A stretch of 32,000 bases of DNA from Sulfolobus acidocaldarius DSM 639 (GTDB taxonomy: Archaea > Thermoproteota > Thermoprotei_A > Sulfolobales > Sulfolobaceae): assembly GCF_000012285.1 (NCBI RefSeq), contig NC_007181.1, positions 1,800,001 to 1,832,000 of the forward strand, in the 5' to 3' direction. The notes below the pieces were generated by a model. That model made no database searches. It saw only the letters and a program-made list of their open reading frames with translations, and was not told the origin of the DNA. This document shows, one piece after another, positions 27,639-32,000 of the stretch. Made by a program: the position numbers and the translations under genes. How positions within the stretch are numbered: position 1 is the stretch's first letter; the number at the start of each line of letters is the position of its first letter.

Positions 27639-28173
27639 TGCTACAATTACATATTAGCGTGGCAACAATTATGTGTATTGTGTGTATATACATACGTATA
27701 TCCCTCCCAATATACAACTGAGAGAGTAAAGATGTTGTTTCAATTTGACTTACCCTACCCATAGCTAGCGTTTTAGTGTTGACTACGTTAGAGGTGGGGG
27801 GAGCTTATACTTTAATGGACTATGTACACTTCCCAGTTGAGGGGAGTTTGTCTGTCTTAAGACCTGACAGAGTAAACCATTTATTCGATATCACGATGAG
27901 ATTGATAAGCGTATGTTTAACACCCCTATTTATGGGTAAGTACACACTGTCATAGCTGGGCTAGAAGTAGACGTGAGGCTAGGTCTTAAGTAACTTGGAC
28001 ATAGAATCCCAATCCATCATGCAGTTTCTTAAGATCGGTAAAAGTCCTGAGGGAAAAAAGTACATGCATTAGTTTACTGCGCGTTGTCTCTACAACTTGA
28101 ACAGTGAAGCACTCAGCACTATACTCTATGAAGACTACAAAGGCTTAACCTCTCTTCTCTCAGTCCAGGTCTC

Positions 28174-29025
28174 TTATCGCTTTCCCATACAATAACTGAG
28201 ATATGGGCAGTTGTTGTCACACTTCTTAGGTAAACCTGGATCCATACCGTCTTCGATAGCTTGAGCTACCCTGTCCCTAACCTCTAGGAACTCGCTCCTT
28301 AATGAGTCGGTAATCTGCATTAACCTGCAATTTGGGTTTACGCTACCCCCGTAGACACTCACGTAACACAAATAGCCAAAGTCTATAGGTATCTCATACT
28401 GGCTCTCCACAGCTAACGCATATCCAGCTAAGGACAGCTCATGAGCCCTCCTATACTTCCCGGTCTTCATTTCAGCTATTAGCTGGATTGAGGGGACAAA
28501 GGCGTCCACTCTGATGTTCTGCTGTAACCCTATAAGTGACCCGTCAACTGGAAATTCAACGTGGAACGGTGTCACAAGGTATACAAGAGAGTCCTTAGAG
28601 AGGAAACCCTTACTCCTATGCTTGTCTAGCTCGGCTGAATATATGTTAGTTATGTAGTCCCACAAGGTTTTAGCCGATTATGGGTCATAGACTTTCTCTG
28701 CTACCTTATAATACTCGTCGCCCATAAGCGTCCTAAGCCTACTCCCATCCAGTGAGCTACCGTTCTCATATATCAGCCTCTTAATTGTCTCTATTGACTC
28801 CACATAAACATAATGTAGGTCAGCCACACCCTCTTTGACCTGGTATTTTACCCCAGTGTGCCTCAGGTAAGCGTATCTATTGGTCTCACAAAGCCCGTTT
28901 GTAAGGTCTGATACGTTGAGCAGAGTAGTTGAGGGGGAGTATATAGGTGGCTCATTCCAGTTCCACCCCCTTAGGTCTTCCGAAATAACTCTCTGGGTCT
29001 GTTTCATCCTCTTGGACAGCAACAT
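28174..29025 (-). pseudogene. csa1: Csa1 (Cas4-like adaptation-associated nuclease) interrupted by one in-frame TAA
   Basis: ORFs 28678-29070 and 28174-28665 are in the same frame, separated only by the TAA at 28680-28678 (..KVYDP*SAKTLWDY..). Motifs are EDLRGWNWNEPP, IAEMKTGKY (ExK) and the C-terminal CDNNCPYLSYC. The probable start is ATG 29025 (MLLSKRMKQ). The combined length is about 283 aa. Confidence 0.75.
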
Positions 29026-29754
29026 TATATCATGGACTGTGAAAAACACAATGATAAAAGGACATGACAAGTAAAAAACTTTAGGGTTAGGGTTAAAGGG
29101 GGTTTCCTACATAAAGGTAAGTAGGACTCTATCCTAGTGGATATATCTACGTGTAGTTAGGGGGTTTTTACAATGAGATTAAGGATTAGTCATAGTGAAA
29201 ACAACAGTACGTGTCTAGTTTATGATTTTTTTTATCTTGCACCATAAAGTTCAAGGGACAACTCATGACATTACTCCGTGGATATTATCTTCCTAGTTAT
29301 CGGTAGGTCGGCGGAAGAGGGGAATGGGATGAATTGATGTGGACTTCAGAAAAAGTATTTCCAGCGTCATCATATAAGCTGAGATGTGCAAAGTATACTG
29401 CCTTCCTCAGAGGGCAGGAATTGTCGTCATGTTATCAAGGCTTTTCTTCTTACCCTGTTGATATTGTTCAGTAACATAACGTATCAGTTACAGCTGCTCG
29501 ATATCAAGTTTCTGTGTGTCGTGGTTAACTCTAGGTATTGAGTAATATTCTAGTTGATTTTCTGTATTTTTGACGGAATAAAAAATTTTTAATATATAGG
29601 GCTAAAATTTTAACGTAAACAAGGGGATTTAAAAAGCTGTTTATATGTTTTTTCTATATCCTTATTTTAAAAAATTTTCTAAGTACACCATTTAAGAATG
29701 AAAATAAGTTAAGGTGACCATACTAAGAGAAAACCTTAAACTGGGAAAGTAACT

Positions 29755-30010
29755 ACTCTTTTCTTCGATCTTTTCATGAAGTTTATAAATGTTGTTTTTC
29801 GAGTCTCAATGCGACCCATCCCAACTTAGTTACAACCCCTCAACATTTATAAATACACAACCATCTTTCAACTCTAGTTAAGCACCATGCGACCAAAAAA
29901 CCTAAACACAATTACTAGGACTTAAGGTCGCATTAAAGTTCCCCATAAAACACCTAAAATTTAAATACAAGGAAAGGGAAAAATAAGACAAGGGATATAA
30001 AAACAAACCA
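29755..30010 (+). promoter_or_regulatory. CRISPR leader 2, an exact inverted copy of leader 1
   Basis: The reverse complement of 26629-26884 equals 29755-30010 with no mismatch that I could find. It directly abuts the first repeat of array 2. Confidence 0.8.
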
Positions 30011-30161
30011 GATGAATCCCAAAAGGGATTGAAAGTCCGGGGTCTTTGGATTATAGTCCATGCTGAACTTATCCTTGAATGTATCCCAAAAAGAATTGAA
30101 AGAACACGATCGTGTTCGACGTTCCTAGTAAGTTATGATTAATCCATAAACTGATTGAAGA
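30011..30161 (+). CRISPR. CRISPR array 2: mini-array of 3 repeats and 2 spacers, with repeats decaying progressively
   Basis: R1 (30011-30035) is an exact GATGAATCCCAAAAGGGATTGAAAG. R2 (30078-30102), AATGTATCCCAAAAAGAATTGAAAG, has 4 mismatches. R3 (30137-30161), GATTAATCCATAAACTGATTGAAGA, has 7 mismatches. The spacers are 42 and 34 nt. Confidence 0.75.
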
Positions 30162-30317
30162 AATGCTGATTGACATACCTGAGGAATATGACGAGAGCTA
30201 GCATAGAGAGTAATGAAGTGTTAACTCATTCCTAACCCTCCTTGATTCTGTATATTTCCAACAAATACGTTTTAATCTTAAACATGATGAGAAGTGTGGG
30301 GCTCCGCAATACAAAAG

Positions 30318-31517
30318 TCACCACATATATGACCTAATGAGAAGTAAGACCAGATTGAAGACATGGACACCTCTAACATTCAACCTCTTCAAGTATTCAC
30401 CCCTAGTCTCCCTGTTCTTGTCCAACACGTAGTCGATAACCCTGCTGAACCTCATCCTCAATACCCCCTTATCGTGGACCCAGCACTTGTATAAGACATC
30501 GTAAAACTTCTCAGTCTGAGGCAACGGGATTAGAAGGACTTTGTGATCCATGAAGTCCCCGACCCTCTCTTCAGGTACATACACCATGGGGTAAATGAAG
30601 TTCTTGTTCAATTCCTTGATCACCCCAGTGTCTATTTCGCCTAGAACACAGGAGTTAGGTCGATTGATCAAGAGGGGAGACCTCCAGTTATTCTCACTGA
30701 GCCTCAGGACTTCCCTGATCTTGCTCAGTTGAAAGCGGTATGAGGACTCAGCGCTTATCTGAGAAAATACAACTTTCTTTTCATTACCGTAACTGGAGGC
30801 TAACCTCAGGAGACCTAAGATTTCGTCCTCTGTACCATAAGAGAGCAGGTCATCCGATATCAGGTTAAGGTAGTTGTGGTACCTTGACTGGACCTCTAAC
30901 TCTGCCTCAACCACCTCTAGGGGTATCTTCCTGTCCTTTCTCTTTACCTCCACTTCTGCATTCGAAGAGGGTCTCCTGATGGCTACGAAATTCTTCGCCC
31001 TCTCCCCATACACTACCTTAGGTAGATTATCGCTACCCTCTCTAAGCAGTTTGGGCAATGTCTCCTCAGCCTCCCCCATTAGTACAGTATCGACCCACTC
31101 TGGAGTGTTGAGTGAAAACTCCCATGAACCAGGACCACCCACTATTACCTTGAAGTCATACCTATCCTTTAGCCTTGAGACTCTCCTTGATAGTTCCTGG
31201 AATGCGTGGAAGACGTAGGGCGGTTCTCCAAATATCTCAGAGAGCTTTGCAGAGACTTCAGTCTGATTTAAGGGGTCATTGACGTAAATCCCCAACACTT
31301 TGTCTGTCCTCAAGTATCTCTCTATCCTGTGAGGTGGGACAACGACACCGTTGACTAAGCTCTCTATTTTTCTCAAGCCATATGGAGGGTATTTACTCCC
31401 GGGGAAGAAGTCAGGTATGAGCCTCAGGGGGAGGGAGGGTAAGGAGTGGTAGGTTGCCTCGTCTGAGGTAAGGATCACACTATACTCTAGTGCGAGGAGG
31501 TATAAATTCTTCATCAC
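30318..31517 (-). CDS. Hypothetical protein (about 398 aa; probable start ATG 31514)
   Basis: This is a long ORF with normal codon usage. N-terminal features (PPYGLRKIESL, KVIVGGPGSWEF) are reminiscent of the B12-binding-like domain of radical-SAM proteins, but no CxxxCxxC is present. That assignment is weak. Confidence 0.55.
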   Translation of the reverse strand: MMKNLYLLALEYSVILTSDEATYHSLPSLPLRLIPDFFPGSKYPPYGLRKIESLVNGVVVPPHRIERYLRTDKVLGIYVNDPLNQTEVSAKLSEIFGEPPYVFHAFQELSRRVSRLKDRYDFKVIVGGPGSWEFSLNTPEWVDTVLMGEAEETLPKLLREGSDNLPKVVYGERAKNFVAIRRPSSNAEVEVKRKDRKIPLEVVEAELEVQSRYHNYLNLISDDLLSYGTEDEILGLLRLASSYGNEKKVVFSQISAESSYRFQLSKIREVLRLSENNWRSPLLINRPNSCVLGEIDTGVIKELNKNFIYPMVYVPEERVGDFMDHKVLLIPLPQTEKFYDVLYKCWVHDKGVLRMRFSRVIDYVLDKNRETRGEYLKRLNVRGVHVFNLVLLLIRSYMW

Positions 31518-31603
31518 AGCCCTCTACGGTCTAAGTTGGAAAAAGTCAGGGGATCAGAGGGTTTGGAAAAGCCCACAGCCCTCTATAGTGTAAGTCGAAA
31601 AAG
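31515..31603. repeat. Two copies of a ~30-nt direct repeat in the divergent intergenic region
   Basis: CACAGCCCTCTACGGTCTAAGTTGGAAAAAG (31515-31545) and CACAGCCCTCTATAGTGTAAGTCGAAAAAG (31574-31603) differ by 4 mismatches and one 1-nt gap. The first copy abuts the start codon of the 399-aa gene. Confidence 0.5.
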
Positions 31604-31632
31604 CTTATTACTTTAGAGAACAATTATACATT

Positions 31633-32000
31633 ATGATAAATTTAATCATAGTTAGGCACGGGGAGGCTGAGCCCCAGGTAGACGGTACCGACGATAAGGA
31701 CAGGAAACTCATAAAGAAGGGTATAAAGCAGATGAAGAGAGTTGCGTCATTACTTGACCAGATGGACTACACAATTGACAGGTATCTGACCAGTACTTTG
31801 ATGAGGGCTTACCAGAGTGCCGAAGTCATATTAGACGAGTTAGGGGAGGACCAGGGCAAGATAGAGACCCTTAATGAGCTCAACCCTGACAGGGACCCAA
31901 TTGAGTTCATAAACAGGCTGAAAGACCTGGACAACATAAGTATCCTAGTTGTGGGACATGAGCCTTTTCTCTCCCACTTGATAAAGAGCCTGTGTGGGGG
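31633..32000 (+). CDS. SixA-like histidine phosphatase family protein, 5' partial (runs off the window)
   Basis: My translation is MINLIIVRHGEAEPQVDG...ISILVVGHEPFLSHLIKSLCG. It carries the RHGEA catalytic motif and the distal GHEP motif. The ORF track does not list it because it is open at the window edge. Confidence 0.75.
   Translation, partial: MINLIIVRHGEAEPQVDGTDDKDRKLIKKGIKQMKRVASLLDQMDYTIDRYLTSTLMRAYQSAEVILDELGEDQGKIETLNELNPDRDPIEFINRLKDLDNISILVVGHEPFLSHLIKSLCG

Noticed and set aside
27565-27762. ORF 27565-27762 (-), 65 aa
   Set aside because: It overlaps the reconstructed cas4 N-terminus in a different frame. The Cas4 frame carries the recognisable YFYCP motif and this one does not.
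27985-28068. Possible Cas2-like remnant (MHVLFSLRTFTDLKKLHDDGLGFYVQVT) in the csa1-cas4 gap
   Set aside because: The resemblance to Cas2 is only impressionistic and covers fewer than 30 residues. It cannot be supported without a profile search.
28880-31218. ORFs 28880-29074 (+) and 30874-31218 (+)
   Set aside because: They are antisense to csa1 and to the 399-aa gene respectively, so they are shadow ORFs.

Overview
The window reads as an accessory or defence region of a Sulfolobales-type crenarchaeon. The evidence is the 25-nt CRISPR repeat CTTTCAATCCCTTTTGGGATTCATC (crRNA sense GATGAATCCCAAAAGGGATTGAAAG, ending in the ATTGAAAG handle), leaderless-style TATA boxes, and frequent GTG/TTG starts.

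Content from left to right:
- A frameshifted csx1 (CARF-HEPN) gene and a fossil vapBC pair.
- An McrB-like AAA+ / McrC-like nuclease pair whose McrB N-terminal domain is unassigned.
- A 4.6-kb segment bracketed by about 88-bp inverted repeats. It holds an interrupted PD-(D/E)xK nuclease gene, an intact COG1373-type ATPase, a wHTH regulator and a membrane protein.
- A shattered second COG1373 ATPase gene.
- An AT-rich four-gene ABC-transporter cluster.
- A vapBC pair whose toxin is frameshifted.
- An AT-rich cluster of a HExxH protein, an HTH protein, an unknown protein and a polytopic membrane protein.
- A scattered CRISPR-Cas adaptation/processing locus: cas6, cas2-cas1, an 11-repeat array, then two perfectly identical 256-bp leaders in inverted orientation flanking csa1 and cas4 (each carrying one in-frame TAA), then a decaying 3-repeat mini-array.
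- A 399-aa hypothetical gene and the 5' part of a SixA-like phosphatase gene.

No effector genes (cas3/5/7/8, cmr/csm) occur in the window. At least eight genes carry inactivating lesions.

All calls rest on motif reading and by-eye alignment. No database search, HMM search or structure prediction was possible, so family names are recognition-based and the identity counts are manual.
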